A stretch of DNA of 64,000 nt, taken from contig CBDBDR010000017.1 in the NCBI GenBank assembly GCA_965203965.1, positions 992,001 through 1,056,000 of the forward strand. Direction: 5' to 3'. Source of the stretch: Thermodesulfobacteriota bacterium (GTDB taxonomy: Bacteria; Desulfobacterota_D; UBA1144; Nemesobacterales; JAJCZQ01). The translations under genes were made by a program, and so were the position numbers. Of the stretch, positions 50,930-61,546 are shown piece by piece (within the stretch, counting starts at the first letter, position 1; every line of letters begins with the position of its first letter). The notes beneath the pieces are model-generated. The model was not told where the DNA came from. It saw only the letters and a program-made list of their open reading frames with translations, and searched no databases.

Positions 50930-52534
50930 GTGAGGAAATTACCCAGAGGTTGGATAATCACTATTTTACTTATCTCTGTTTTGTCGTTGGTTTTTCTTGT
51001 TCCGACTTTTGCAGGAGATAACCTTCCATCTTGGTGGTCAAAAATTTTTCCGAGCAAGGGTATAAGGTTAGGACTTGACCTGAAAGGGGGAATATTCCTA
51101 CTGCTGGACGTTCAGACTGAAAAATCCATTGAGCAAGAGCTAAATTCCATCAATGACATAGTTAAACAGGATCTAACCGAAAGCAGGGGGATCATAAAAT
51201 CATCAGGTGTAAGTGGAAGTTCATTAATTATAGACTTCTATTCAAAAGATGACCTCTCAAAAGCCAAAGAAGCAGCAACCAGCAATTTCTCAAATGTAGC
51301 TTCAATCAGTGAAGAGAATTTAACTCTAAGGGTAACACTGAATCCCAATTACGTTACCGACCTGAAAAAGAACTCTTTATCTCAGGTAAAGCAAGTTATA
51401 GAAAATAGGGTCCTTGACTTCGGACTGATAGAACCTTCTATCCAAACAACCGGTGAAAACAGAATATTGATCCAAGTGCCAGGTGCATCACAACAGGACA
51501 GGCAAAGAATAGTTGATCTGATAAAAAAGGCGGCGGTCCTTGAATTTAAACTTGTCAGGTCGGCAGGGGTCAGCAAAGAAGCAATACTACAATCAGAGGA
51601 AATACAGAACGAGGATGAATTGAAATCCAAGAAACTTGAAATACATAGGGGTGAAACCGGCAATCAGAATGAGGCGTTTTTCTTGACTGATGAAGAGCCC
51701 CAAGTTACGGGTGAATACATATCGGATTCAAGAATAACATTTGACAACTTTGGAAGGCCCGCGGTGCTTTTCAGATTCAGAGGAGAAGGTGCCAAGAAGT
51801 TTGGCGAATTAACAGGAAACAATATAGAGGAGAGGCTTGCCATTGTGCTTGACGGAGTTATTAAATCTGCTCCGGTTATTAACGACAAAATAACCTACGA
51901 GGGCACCATAACGGGCATGTTCACACCGGAAGAAGCAAGGGATCTTGCACTGGTGCTGAGATCCGGATCCCTTCCCGTTCCCGTAACGGTGCAACAGGAA
52001 AGATCGGTAGGTCCTTCTTTGGGGCAGGACTCCATAGAAAAAGGACGGATTTCTATGATAGTTGGAGGAATTCTTGTGATTGTTTTCATGGCTTTTTTCT
52101 ACAAACTACAAGGGTTTATAGCAGACGTTGCACTTTTGCTTAACATGCTTTTCATAATGGGCTTTCTATCCGCCTTTGGCATAACACTAACACTACCCGG
52201 TATTGCCGGACTTGTGCTGACACTGGGCATGGCAGTTGACGGCAACATCATCATATTTGAGAGGATCAAAGAAGAGACCAGAATAGGAAAATCCCCAATT
52301 GCAGCCATAGACGCCGGTTATGCAAGGTCATTCTGGACAATTCTTGATGCTAACATCACGACCCTGTTGACGGCGTTAATACTATTCTGGTTCGGAACGG
52401 GGCCGATTAAAGGTTTTGCGGCAACTTTATCAATAGGAATTATTTCAACTGTTTTCAGCAACATTATTGCGGCAAGGATAATTACAAACTATTTTTACAG
52501 AGATAAACAGTTGACGGACAACATAAGTATATAG
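50930..52534 (+). CDS. secD: Protein translocase subunit SecD
   Basis: LGLDLKGG, LRSGSLP, VGPSLG, LTLPGIAG, DANITT; start at GTG 50930. Confidence 0.95.
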   Translation: MRKLPRGWIITILLISVLSLVFLVPTFAGDNLPSWWSKIFPSKGIRLGLDLKGGIFLLLDVQTEKSIEQELNSINDIVKQDLTESRGIIKSSGVSGSSLIIDFYSKDDLSKAKEAATSNFSNVASISEENLTLRVTLNPNYVTDLKKNSLSQVKQVIENRVLDFGLIEPSIQTTGENRILIQVPGASQQDRQRIVDLIKKAAVLEFKLVRSAGVSKEAILQSEEIQNEDELKSKKLEIHRGETGNQNEAFFLTDEEPQVTGEYISDSRITFDNFGRPAVLFRFRGEGAKKFGELTGNNIEERLAIVLDGVIKSAPVINDKITYEGTITGMFTPEEARDLALVLRSGSLPVPVTVQQERSVGPSLGQDSIEKGRISMIVGGILVIVFMAFFYKLQGFIADVALLLNMLFIMGFLSAFGITLTLPGIAGLVLTLGMAVDGNIIIFERIKEETRIGKSPIAAIDAGYARSFWTILDANITTLLTALILFWFGTGPIKGFAATLSIGIISTVFSNIIAARIITNYFYRDKQLTDNISI

Positions 52535-52557
52535 AAGACAACAGAGAGGATGCTAAA

Positions 52558-53478
52558 TTGTGGATAGTTAGATTAGACACTACTTATAATTTTGTCAGCA
52601 AAATGCCCATGGCAGCTAAACTATCAGCATTGTTGATAGTTATCTCACTTGGTTCGCTCATTTACCATGGGGGACCTAACTGGGGTGTGGAATTTACCGG
52701 TGGCACGGAAATTCAGATTAAGTTTCCCGAAGGTCCCCGCACGGACGTTATAAGGAATAAAATGTCAGAAAACGGTTACGAAACCGAGACAGTTCAGCAG
52801 TTTGGACTTGCCTCGGATAGGGAATACCTTATATCTCTGTCCCCAAAAGTTGTGAGCTTTGACCAGATACAATCATTTAAGAACGCGCTTAACAAAGTCA
52901 TTGCAAGCACTCCGGAGTTCAAGGGTGCACAAATCCAGAGGATAGATTACATAGGTCCGAAGATCGGCAAGGAATTGGTGCAAAAAGCCATATTGTCAAT
53001 AATGATTGCATGCGTCGGCATTCTCATCTATTTGGTATTCAGGTTTGAAATGGGGTTTGCCATCGGTGCGGTTGCTGCACTATTTCACGACACAATTATA
53101 ACCCTTGGTGCAATCTCACTGACAAACAAGGAATTTAATCTGGCAATTGTCGCAGCACTACTCACCGTAATTGGTTACTCCGTAAATGACACCATTGTTA
53201 TTTTTGACAGGATAAGGGAAAACATTTCCAAGTCCCTGTCAAAGAGTTTCGGGGAAATAGTAAACGAAGGTATCACGCAGACTCTATCCAGAACAATACT
53301 AACAGGAGTAACGGTTTTTATAGTCTTAATACCCCTTTTCTTCCTGGGTGGTGCCGTTATACATGATTTTGCTTTCACTCTAATTGTGGGCGTTATGGTG
53401 GGAACTTATTCTTCAATATTTGTCGCAAGCTCATTTGTCATGTATTGGAGAAAAAGGAAATCAACCAACCAGTCCTGA
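52558..53478 (+). CDS. secF: Protein translocase subunit SecF
   Basis: GVEFTGG, IGPKIG, GYSVNDTIVIFDRIRE, GTYSSIF. Confidence 0.95.
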   Translation: MWIVRLDTTYNFVSKMPMAAKLSALLIVISLGSLIYHGGPNWGVEFTGGTEIQIKFPEGPRTDVIRNKMSENGYETETVQQFGLASDREYLISLSPKVVSFDQIQSFKNALNKVIASTPEFKGAQIQRIDYIGPKIGKELVQKAILSIMIACVGILIYLVFRFEMGFAIGAVAALFHDTIITLGAISLTNKEFNLAIVAALLTVIGYSVNDTIVIFDRIRENISKSLSKSFGEIVNEGITQTLSRTILTGVTVFIVLIPLFFLGGAVIHDFAFTLIVGVMVGTYSSIFVASSFVMYWRKRKSTNQS

Positions 53479-53485
53479 ATTAAAA

Positions 53486-53992
53486 GTGGAAATCCTTGCA
53501 CTGGTAACTTTCATCATCCTCTCTTCTATAGCCATTATGGGCCATCTTTTAGGATTACCGTGCAACTGGGCAATACTTGTCTTTTCATTCCTGCTTGCAT
53601 GGTTAGGGGACTTTAACAAAATACAAATTCCTTCGCTGATTGTTCTGTTTTCATTGTCTTTTTTGGGTGAAATTATGGAGTTTGTTATAGGAATTATCGG
53701 TGCAAAAAAAGTCAAGACAAGCAACTGGGCAATCGTGGCGTCTTTCATTTTTGGTTTGGCAGGTGCCATATTGGGTGCACCTTTTTTCCTCGGAATAGGA
53801 GCGATAATTGGGGCATTTGCCGGCGCTTTCATAGGAACGTTCACAGTCGAGCTATTTATAGGAAAAAATCTACATCAATCCATTTTAGCAGGATGGGGAA
53901 CATTGCTTGGGAAATTAGGCGGCTCATTTGCAAAAATGACCATCGGGATTACCATGGTCGTAGTTACGCTTACCACTTATTTTAAGAATTGA
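53486..53992 (+). CDS. DUF456 family membrane protein
   Basis: Hydrophobic Gly-rich helices; probable start GTG 53486 after secF stop. Confidence 0.75.
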   Translation: MEILALVTFIILSSIAIMGHLLGLPCNWAILVFSFLLAWLGDFNKIQIPSLIVLFSLSFLGEIMEFVIGIIGAKKVKTSNWAIVASFIFGLAGAILGAPFFLGIGAIIGAFAGAFIGTFTVELFIGKNLHQSILAGWGTLLGKLGGSFAKMTIGITMVVVTLTTYFKN

Positions 53993-54422
53993 TATTTTTT
54001 GCAAATCTATTAATGTTTGTAAAACGAAAGACAAATATGACTACAAGATTTGCAATGTTTGCCATTGTTTGAAACCAGTAAAACAATTCAGTCGCAATCA
54101 AAATAATAAGCACGGCACAGTTCGCAGATCTAGTTGCATGAAATGTAGAACTGATATAGACAAAAGAGCACCCAAGAGCAGTCAAGCAAAGCGGATGGAG
54201 AGGAAACGACCAGCGATAGGTGACATTTCAGGTGCCCAATTTGTAGAAAGAGGTCTATTGTCAGTAGCACGGCAAAAGTTGTTGCTGACCATAACCACCA
54301 TACAGGCGACATTAGGGATTTTATTTGTGATAGTTGTAATACTGGGTTGGGACGATTTAAAAATTGTGAAAATTATCTTATGAACGCTGTAACTTATCTA
54401 AAACAAAGGGATACATTTTTTA

Positions 54423-55460
54423 ATGAGTAATGAGGAAAAGTTAAAAGAGTTTCAGGACATTGTTAGGGATATTAAAGAGGCCGATTTACCAACTATCAGC
54501 GATGAAGTATCGTTGCAACAGTTAAAATCCAAGTATCTTGGCAAAAAAGGCATCGTTACTGATATGCTCAAATCCATGAGAGATTTGCCGGACGAGCAAA
54601 AAAAGGAGTTCGGCAAAACTATAAACTGTGTTAAAAACAGTATTGAAACCCTCATAAATGAAAAGCATAACGAGCTGAAGGAAAAGAAAAAAGCCAGCTC
54701 ACTCGCCAAGGATCAAATAGACGTAACTTTACCTGATCGCGGACCTGCTCTGGGAGCCAAACATCCAATATCAAGAGTTACGGACGAGATAGTTTACACT
54801 TTTGAAAGAATGGGCTTTAGTGTGGCTGAGGGACCCGAAGTGGAACTTGATTACTACAATTTTGAAGCATTGAACATACCTAAAAACCACCCAGCAAGAG
54901 ACATGCAAGACACTTTCTATATATCGGATGACGTAGTTTTGAGAACGCATACATCACCGGTGCAAATCAGGGTGATGGAAAGACAACCACCACCAGTGAA
55001 GATAATTGTTCCCGGTAAGGTTTACAGGTGCGATAGCGATATTTCTCACACCCCTATGTTTCACCAGATTGAAGGACTATTTGTAGATAGGGGAATAACC
55101 TTAGGCAATTTGAAAGCAGTCGTGACCCAGTTTGCCCATCTCACCTTTGGCAAGGATACAAACGTTCGATTCAGACCGAGTTTTTTCCCGTTCACAGAGC
55201 CAAGTGCTGAAGTAGATATAGAATGCACAATGTGTAAAGGAAAAGGATGCCGTGTGTGCAAGCAAACAGGCTGGCTTGAGATAATGGGCTGCGGAATGGT
55301 TGACCCCGAAGTTTTTAAAGCAGTAGGTTATGAGCCGAAAGTATATACAGGTTTTGCTTTCGGCATGGGAATTGAAAGAATTACAATGCTGAAATACGGC
55401 ATTAATGACATAAGGTTGTTTTTTGAGAATGATCTGAGATTTTTAAGGCAGTTTGTTTGA
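54423..55460 (+). CDS. pheS: Phenylalanine--tRNA ligase alpha subunit
   Basis: HPARDMQDTFY, LRTHTSPVQ, FRPSFFPFTEPS, GFAFGMGIER. Confidence 0.97.
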   Translation: MSNEEKLKEFQDIVRDIKEADLPTISDEVSLQQLKSKYLGKKGIVTDMLKSMRDLPDEQKKEFGKTINCVKNSIETLINEKHNELKEKKKASSLAKDQIDVTLPDRGPALGAKHPISRVTDEIVYTFERMGFSVAEGPEVELDYYNFEALNIPKNHPARDMQDTFYISDDVVLRTHTSPVQIRVMERQPPPVKIIVPGKVYRCDSDISHTPMFHQIEGLFVDRGITLGNLKAVVTQFAHLTFGKDTNVRFRPSFFPFTEPSAEVDIECTMCKGKGCRVCKQTGWLEIMGCGMVDPEVFKAVGYEPKVYTGFAFGMGIERITMLKYGINDIRLFFENDLRFLRQFV

Positions 55461-55490
55461 CGCAGACTTCCGCAGGAATGGTGGAGAGGT

Positions 55491-55541
55491 AATTCCCCTT
55501 CTCTGAAGGGATGGCAGTCTGAAAGGACTGACGGGGTAGTC
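55491..55541 (+). repeat. REP-like double-hairpin repeat, copy 3
   Basis: AATTCCCCTTCTCTGAAGGGATGGCA-gtctgaaaggac-TGACGGGGTAGTC, between convergent pheS and coaE. Confidence 0.8.
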
Positions 55542-55577
55542 TCCAAGTCAGGAGGCGGATTTTGCACAGGAATAGGA

Positions 55578-56168
55578 TTATAAAGATTCCCAGATCTTTT
55601 TAACTTGCCCCTCTGTCCTTTCAACATTCCCTGCGTTATCTATTAAAAAATCAGCCAAATCGACCTTCTCTTTGTTACTAAACTGCGACCGTATTCTTGA
55701 AAGTATCTCTTCGTCTGTGAGATTATCTCTTTCTTTGATCCTCTTTAGCCGTGATCTTTCATCAACTGAAACAACGATCAACTCATCAACAAGACTTAAC
55801 AATCCTTTTTTTTCAACCAACAGTGCAGCTTCTATTATCACGACTTTGGCTTTTTGTGACCTGTATTCATCAATTCTGCACATGATTTCATCCCGTATTT
55901 TCGGATGCACTATACCGTTCAACTTCTCCCTTTTGGTGTCATCTTTAAACACCATATCGGCTACCAAACCTCTGTTAAGAGACCTGTCTTCATTCAATAT
56001 CATCTCGCCAAACTCCGATACTAATTCTTTCCATGCGGTTTTGTATGGCTCAACTATCTCTCTGGCAATTTGGTCTGCATCAATTATTTTCGCTCCGAGA
56101 CTTCGGAACATTTTTGCGACCGTGGATTTACCTGACCCTATACCCCCGGTGAGACCAATTATTTTCAT
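55578..56168 (-). CDS. coaE: Dephospho-CoA kinase
   Basis: IGLTGGIGSGKSTV, IDAD.IAR, IVHP. Confidence 0.95.
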   Translation of the reverse strand: MKIIGLTGGIGSGKSTVAKMFRSLGAKIIDADQIAREIVEPYKTAWKELVSEFGEMILNEDRSLNRGLVADMVFKDDTKREKLNGIVHPKIRDEIMCRIDEYRSQKAKVVIIEAALLVEKKGLLSLVDELIVVSVDERSRLKRIKERDNLTDEEILSRIRSQFSNKEKVDLADFLIDNAGNVERTEGQVKKIWESL

Positions 56169-56186
56169 AGTACCCTATAGTGGGCA

Positions 56187-56258
56187 TGGCGACGGGTGGA
56201 TTTGAACCACCGACAAATGCCTTATGAGAGCACTGCTCTGCCCCTGAGCTACGCCGCC
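56187..56258 (-). tRNA. tRNA-Met(CAT), probably elongator; CCA not encoded
   Basis: GGCGGCG TAGCTCAG...GTGCT CTCATAA GGCAT...GGTTCAAATCC...CGTCGCCA cloverleaf; G1-C72 paired so not initiator; Ile2 not fully excluded. Confidence 0.9.
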
Positions 56259-56355
56259 ATTAAAGACTTAATTATAATATCACTATCACAAAACAGCAAT
56301 TGCCAATCACTGGGAAACAGGAAGTTTACAACTACATCACTATTTTTTTGGATAG

Positions 56356-56877
56356 CTATTTCAAAGCAGTGTATGCAGTTTTCAGCTTTTCCTTACTTTT
56401 TATTTCAGTCGCATATTGACAGGCTTTTTTTCTGTCATTGAACTCCCCAACACTGACCCTATACCACTTCTTACCTTTCACTACAGCTTCCGTTACGGAA
56501 CTCGCGTAGCCTCTGTTCTTTAGCGATTTTGACAATCTATGCGCATTGCCCACTTTCTTAAAAGAACCAACTCTAACCGTATATACGGTGCCTGGGCGTG
56601 TTATAGGAACACTGGATACAGCCTTTTCTGGTTTTGAGGGTTTCTTTTTAACAACATCGGATTTTTTAGTAGTATCCGAACCTTTACCTTGTATGACATT
56701 AGGTTCCATTTCCTTAGGAATTGAACTGATGGAATGCTTCTCCTTTTCCTTTTTGTATGAAGCCGCTTTCCTTTCAGTAACCAACTTGCCAACTGTCACT
56801 CCTAAAGCAAAAATCAGAAAGAAAATCAAGAATAAAAATAAACTCTGAAAATCTTTATTTTTGTATCCTTTTTCCAA
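56356..56877 (-). CDS. SPOR-domain cell division protein (FtsN/DedD-like)
   Basis: N-terminal TM, low-complexity linker, YTVRVGSF...WYRVSVG; follows argS. Confidence 0.85.
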   Translation of the reverse strand: MEKGYKNKDFQSLFLFLIFFLIFALGVTVGKLVTERKAASYKKEKEKHSISSIPKEMEPNVIQGKGSDTTKKSDVVKKKPSKPEKAVSSVPITRPGTVYTVRVGSFKKVGNAHRLSKSLKNRGYASSVTEAVVKGKKWYRVSVGEFNDRKKACQYATEIKSKEKLKTAYTALK

Positions 56878-56878
56878 A

Positions 56879-58555
56879 TCACATCCTCCTTGGAGCTTTA
56901 ACTCCCAAAAGTTTAAGACCGTTTTTTATAACCGCCTTTATACATATTATAAGATATAATCTGGCTGATGTTAATTCTTTATCTTCAGTCAGTATTTTAT
57001 TGCCGTTGTAGTAGGAGTGAAAATCAGAAGCCAGTTCTAACAAGTAAAAGGCTATTGTGTGCGGAGAAAGAGACTTGGCACTTGTTAGGATAACTTCTTG
57101 AAAATTCAACAGTTTTTTTGCCAGATAAAACTCCACTTTAAGGGTGAGTAATCCCAGATGCTCATCCATAGGCAAATTCCCTTCTCGTTTTGCCTTAGTC
57201 AGCACGCTTTCTATCCTTGCGTGAGCATACTGTATATAGTAAACCGGATTTTCGTTTGACTCTTTCTTTGCGAGATCAATGTCAAAATCCAAATGGCGGT
57301 CTATACTCCTCATTAAAAGAAAAAATATTGCCACATCCGACCCAACTTCATTAACAACTTCACGCAAAGTTACAAAACTGCCTTCTCTTTTGGACATTGA
57401 AACCTCTTTACCTTCCTTTACAAGTCTTACAAACTGGATCAGAATACAATTAAGTATAGAGTCATCACCGCTAAATGCTTTTATAGCCGATTTAAGCCTT
57501 GAAACGTGACTGTGATGGTCGGCTCCCCAAACGTTAATTAACCTGTTATAGCCTCTTTTTATCTTGTCATAGTGGTAGGCTATGTCAGAGTAAAAGTAAG
57601 TCGGCTCACCATTACTTTTAACCAATACCCAGTCCTGACCGTCTCCGTAATCTGTTGCCTTAAACCAAAGAGCACCCTCGTTTTCATATATGGAATTTTT
57701 TCTCTCCAATTCCTCTTTTACTTCCTCCAGTTTGCTCAAGGCCTCCGTTTCATTATGAATTTCACCTCTTTCACTATACCAACTGTCAAATTCAACCCCC
57801 GCTTTATAAAGATCATCTTTTATACCGTCAAGCAATACTTTGTAGGCAAATTTCGTGCATCGCTCTACCGCTTCAGATTTATCCAAGCCGTTCAGACTGT
57901 CTCCTGATTTAGCTATTAATTCCCTGGCAATTGATCCAATGTATTCTCCCTTGTAACCATCTTTGGGAAGTTCGGCGCCATTAATTCCAAGTAGCTGCTT
58001 GTATTTTACCAGCACTGACTCTCCAAGTAGTCGCATCTGCCTGCCCGCGTCATTTATGTAAAACTCTTTTGTTACCTCATAACCGCAAAACTGCAAGATC
58101 CTTGAGATTGACTCCCCAACGGCAGCGTTTCTTGCATGGCCAAAATGCAGGTAGCCAGTAGGATTGGCACTTACAAACTCTATAAGAACTTTCTCATTGT
58201 TGCCTATGTCCGACTTACCCCAACTATCCCCAGCGGTGTATATCTCCACTAATCCGTTTAGAAATACAGACTCGGCAACTGTAAAATTGATAAAACCCGG
58301 TCCTGCCACCTCAATTTTTTTTAGAAATCGTCCGCCTTCAGACTCCATAAACCCCACAAGCCCAGCGGCAACGTCTCCGGGACTTTCACCCGCTTTTTTT
58401 GGCAATACCAATGCGACGTTCGTTGAATAATCCCCAAACTTCTCATTTTTCGGTATCTCAATATCAAAATCCGGATTGACCGTGTCCATACCATTGTCAA
58501 TCAGATACTTCTCCGCCGATCTTAAAACTATACGCCTTATCCTGTCTTTGATCAT
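56879..58555 (-). CDS. argS: Arginine--tRNA ligase
   Basis: EFVSANPTGYLHFGHAR, WGADH, MSKR.G, NPVYYIQYAHAR. Confidence 0.97.
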   Translation of the reverse strand: MIKDRIRRIVLRSAEKYLIDNGMDTVNPDFDIEIPKNEKFGDYSTNVALVLPKKAGESPGDVAAGLVGFMESEGGRFLKKIEVAGPGFINFTVAESVFLNGLVEIYTAGDSWGKSDIGNNEKVLIEFVSANPTGYLHFGHARNAAVGESISRILQFCGYEVTKEFYINDAGRQMRLLGESVLVKYKQLLGINGAELPKDGYKGEYIGSIARELIAKSGDSLNGLDKSEAVERCTKFAYKVLLDGIKDDLYKAGVEFDSWYSERGEIHNETEALSKLEEVKEELERKNSIYENEGALWFKATDYGDGQDWVLVKSNGEPTYFYSDIAYHYDKIKRGYNRLINVWGADHHSHVSRLKSAIKAFSGDDSILNCILIQFVRLVKEGKEVSMSKREGSFVTLREVVNEVGSDVAIFFLLMRSIDRHLDFDIDLAKKESNENPVYYIQYAHARIESVLTKAKREGNLPMDEHLGLLTLKVEFYLAKKLLNFQEVILTSAKSLSPHTIAFYLLELASDFHSYYNGNKILTEDKELTSARLYLIICIKAVIKNGLKLLGVKAPRRM

Positions 58556-58564
58556 TGAAATACT

Positions 58565-59173
58565 TTAAGTTATATGTGAAGTGTCGCTGAGTAACTCAAT
58601 TCTAAAACCTTCGCTACCACAATTAATCACCGTTTTGGAAGTTGCATCAATGTTAAATTCCATAAATGATTTGAGAGATTTACCTGAAATCTTACACAGC
58701 AAAGTAACTATTGTTAAATTATGTGCCACAACAATAATATTCTTTTTGTTGTATTTGCTCATCAGATTGTTAAAAGCCAGCCATGCTCTGCTCTGTACTT
58801 CCGTCAAGGATTCACCCCCTGGTATCCGTACCGTCTCAGGCTCCTCCCTCCACTTTTTAAGCACGTCAGAGTAGTTCTCTCTTATGTATTTGAAATCAAG
58901 CCCTTCAAAATCACCTTGATCCATCTCTCTGAACCTCTCATCCTTCTGCACTTCAACATCGTGGTATTTGGAAATACATTCAGCTGTATTGATTGCTCTC
59001 TGCAAATCGCTTGAAAAAATAGCGTGTATATTCTCATTCCTTAAGGAATAGCCAAGCTCTCTTGCCTGCTTTCTTCCCGTGGAATTAAGGGGGACGTCAC
59101 TTATTCCCTGACACTTACCAAACCTGTTCCAATCAGTTTCCCCGTGTCTTACAAGTATTAATCTCATCAACAA
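58565..59173 (-). CDS. Histidine phosphatase family protein
   Basis: LVRHGETDWN, SSDLQRA, PGGES, VVAH. Confidence 0.9.
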   Translation of the reverse strand: MLMRLILVRHGETDWNRFGKCQGISDVPLNSTGRKQARELGYSLRNENIHAIFSSDLQRAINTAECISKYHDVEVQKDERFREMDQGDFEGLDFKYIRENYSDVLKKWREEPETVRIPGGESLTEVQSRAWLAFNNLMSKYNKKNIIVVAHNLTIVTLLCKISGKSLKSFMEFNIDATSKTVINCGSEGFRIELLSDTSHIT

Positions 59174-59200
59174 TTAGCCGTAACTAATCAATTTTCCAAA

Positions 59201-60193
59201 TTAATTAATTTTATTATCCAGAGCAATTTCAAGCCCTTCTTCAAATACCTGTTTGGCAACATCATCGGGAGGAAGTGGAAATGGAGACGAAGATTTAATG
59301 GTCTTTATACAGAAACTATCAAAGACCGAGTTGCCGGAAGACTCTTTGATATTCACTTTTGATAGCACTCCGTTTCTATCCATTTCAAAAAAGATCTTTG
59401 CCACCAATAAGCCATCACGAGGGACACTTTCGGGTATTGTAAAACTGTCCTGTATTTTAGCAGTTACCTTCTTAGTATAATCACCCAGTATAACTTCTCT
59501 TTTACTGATAAACTGCAAGTCAGCTTCTTCCGGGTCAACTTTTTCCTCCCTGAGTTGTTTAATCAACTTATCTTTCTTCAAATCCTTTAGAATTGACTCA
59601 ACCTTTGCTTTTCTTTCAGCCTCTGCCTTTTTCTTAGCTTCTGCCTTCCTCTTGACTTCGGCTTTCCTTTCAGCTTCTACCTTCCTCTTAGCCTCTGCTT
59701 TCTTTTCAGCCTCTGCCTTTTTCTTAGCTTCTGCCTTCCTCTTGACTTCAGCTTTCCTTTCAGCTTCTATTTTCCTCTTAGCTTCCGCCTTCTTTTCAGC
59801 CTCTGCCTTTTTCTTAGCTTCTGCCTTCCTCCTGACTTCAGCTTTCCTTTCAGCTTCTACCTTCTTCTTAGCCTCTGCTTTCTTCTCGGCTGATCGTGCA
59901 GGCTGAAAAGGTATTTGGGGAGTCTGAGTTGATACTTTTTTCTCATGCACGGATTGCTCCGTTTTTTTATCGGGTTCATCTTGTTTAGCAGGCTGAGTTT
60001 CATCTACAACCTGCTCTTTTTCTTCACTAATTGATGCTATGTTAATGTGTTTATCACGGGAGGGAGTATCAGACTTGGAACTATGCAGTTGCATTCCCAG
60101 GGCTATTGCAAGAATTACAATAATAAAATGAAAAAACAAAGATAAGAAAAACCCCCAAAAGTATAAGCTTTTGTTTTTATCTTCTCCTGACAT
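59201..60193 (-). CDS. tolA: TolA-like protein
   Basis: TM with S...H motif, K/A/E-rich helical repeats, TonB/TolA C-terminal domain (SSGN..FD); follows tolQ-tolR. Confidence 0.85.
   Translation of the reverse strand: MSGEDKNKSLYFWGFFLSLFFHFIIVILAIALGMQLHSSKSDTPSRDKHINIASISEEKEQVVDETQPAKQDEPDKKTEQSVHEKKVSTQTPQIPFQPARSAEKKAEAKKKVEAERKAEVRRKAEAKKKAEAEKKAEAKRKIEAERKAEVKRKAEAKKKAEAEKKAEAKRKVEAERKAEVKRKAEAKKKAEAERKAKVESILKDLKKDKLIKQLREEKVDPEEADLQFISKREVILGDYTKKVTAKIQDSFTIPESVPRDGLLVAKIFFEMDRNGVLSKVNIKESSGNSVFDSFCIKTIKSSSPFPLPPDDVAKQVFEEGLEIALDNKIN
59612..59886 (-). repeat. Intragenic tandem repeat, 90-bp unit x ~3
   Basis: Near-identical blocks at 59641, 59731, 59821; unit AEAEKKAEAKRKxEAERKAEVKRKAEAKKK. 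Confidence 0.9.
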
Positions 60194-60201
60194 TTTGGAT
60201 T

Positions 60202-60639
60202 TTAATTCTTACTGGTCGGATTAGTTATCAGTCCTATATTTTGCACACCTGCTTCTTGAATTTTACTCATTAACTCAACTACTTTGCCGTAAGGAATAGA
60301 CCTGTCTGCCTTTAGAAATACTTGTTCTTGTCCCAGTTGTGTGCGGTTACCTGATACAAATTCCCTTACTTTTAATTTTATCTCGGATAAATCGTATTGT
60401 TTCTCTTCTATAAAGAACTCGCCTCTCTGATTGATCGTAATAATGATTTTCTTTTCCTTTTGTAGAGATTGTATCGGTGGTGAAGTTGTTTCAGGTAGAT
60501 TAACGTCTATACCCTGATACAGAATTGGTGTGGTAACCATGAATATAACAAGTAAGACAAGCATTACATCAACGAATGGTGTAACGTTAATTTCAGATAA
60601 AACTGTGCGGTGATCGCCGTTTTGGCTTTTGATTCCCAT
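60202..60639 (-). CDS. tolR: TolR/ExbD family protein
   Basis: SEINVTPFVDVMLVLLVIFMVT. Confidence 0.9.
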   Translation of the reverse strand: MGIKSQNGDHRTVLSEINVTPFVDVMLVLLVIFMVTTPILYQGIDVNLPETTSPPIQSLQKEKKIIITINQRGEFFIEEKQYDLSEIKLKVREFVSGNRTQLGQEQVFLKADRSIPYGKVVELMSKIQEAGVQNIGLITNPTSKN

Positions 60640-60641
60640 TA

Positions 60642-61385
60642 TTACAACCAGGATTTCTTCAAATATCTCTCTACAATATTCAGAAACTCGGATGCAAAAC
60701 CTTCCATTTCCAAGTTGATTTTCCTGACCTTGCCTATGAAGTAGTTATAAGCAATGGATGCGGGTATTGCCGCTGCAAGACCCATAGCAGTGGCAATGAG
60801 TGCTTCAGCTATACCGGGTGCTACTAATTGCAATGAAGGCACTCCCTCGCCTCCAGCAAGACTCATAAACGACGTCATTATTCCCCATACAGTTCCGAAC
60901 AAACCTATAAAAGGTGCGGTGGTTCCAGTAGTTGCAAGAAAAATAAGGGAACTTTCCAATTTGGATATCTGTGTGGACATTGACCTCTTCAATTCCCTTT
61001 CCACCAGACCGACTATATCAATCTCGGGTATCGTACTACCGTTCTCGCCGTCTTGCTTTTCCCTGCTGGAGATAACTCTGGCTTTTTTGAATTTGACTAT
61101 TTCTCCATAACTATCTCTGAACAGCTCCGTGATCGATCCATCCATCCCCTTTATTGATGAATGTAGCTTACTGTAACTATTGCTTGCTCTATAAATTTGC
61201 AGAAATTTTTTAGTTTCCCTCTCATCCGACCTTATAATGATCCATTTCGAAAAAATAATTGCCCACGAAACAATAGACATTACAACAAGGATCAGCATCA
61301 CTAGTTGAACTACTATGCTCGCAGACGATATTAGGTTAATCACCCCGTCTCCACTTAAAGTGTCTGTTAAAATTTTTGTATCCAT
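60642..61385 (-). CDS. tolQ: TolQ/ExbB family protein
   Basis: APFIGLFGTVWGIM, VAPGIAEALIATAMGL. Confidence 0.92.
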   Translation of the reverse strand: MDTKILTDTLSGDGVINLISSASIVVQLVMLILVVMSIVSWAIIFSKWIIIRSDERETKKFLQIYRASNSYSKLHSSIKGMDGSITELFRDSYGEIVKFKKARVISSREKQDGENGSTIPEIDIVGLVERELKRSMSTQISKLESSLIFLATTGTTAPFIGLFGTVWGIMTSFMSLAGGEGVPSLQLVAPGIAEALIATAMGLAAAIPASIAYNYFIGKVRKINLEMEGFASEFLNIVERYLKKSWL

Positions 61386-61546
61386 TACAGTTTGATCTGA
61401 GCTTATAAAATAAGGGAAAACACTGGGAAACTTTACAGTTGAATTGGTCTAAAAGCAAATGATCTGAACCTGCACGACAAGCAAAACTGTTGACCTATAT
61501 TTTATAATTGTTATAGATAAACTAACACTAAAACGGAGGTGCTTTT

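Noticed and set aside
54069..54383. 104-aa ORF between the DUF456 gene and pheS
   Set aside because: No RBS or recognisable motif; could be a decayed fragment but cannot be supported.
56184..56187. tRNA lacking encoded CCA / possible integration site
   Set aside because: CCA-less tRNA genes are common, and no duplicated tRNA 3' end was seen in the window.
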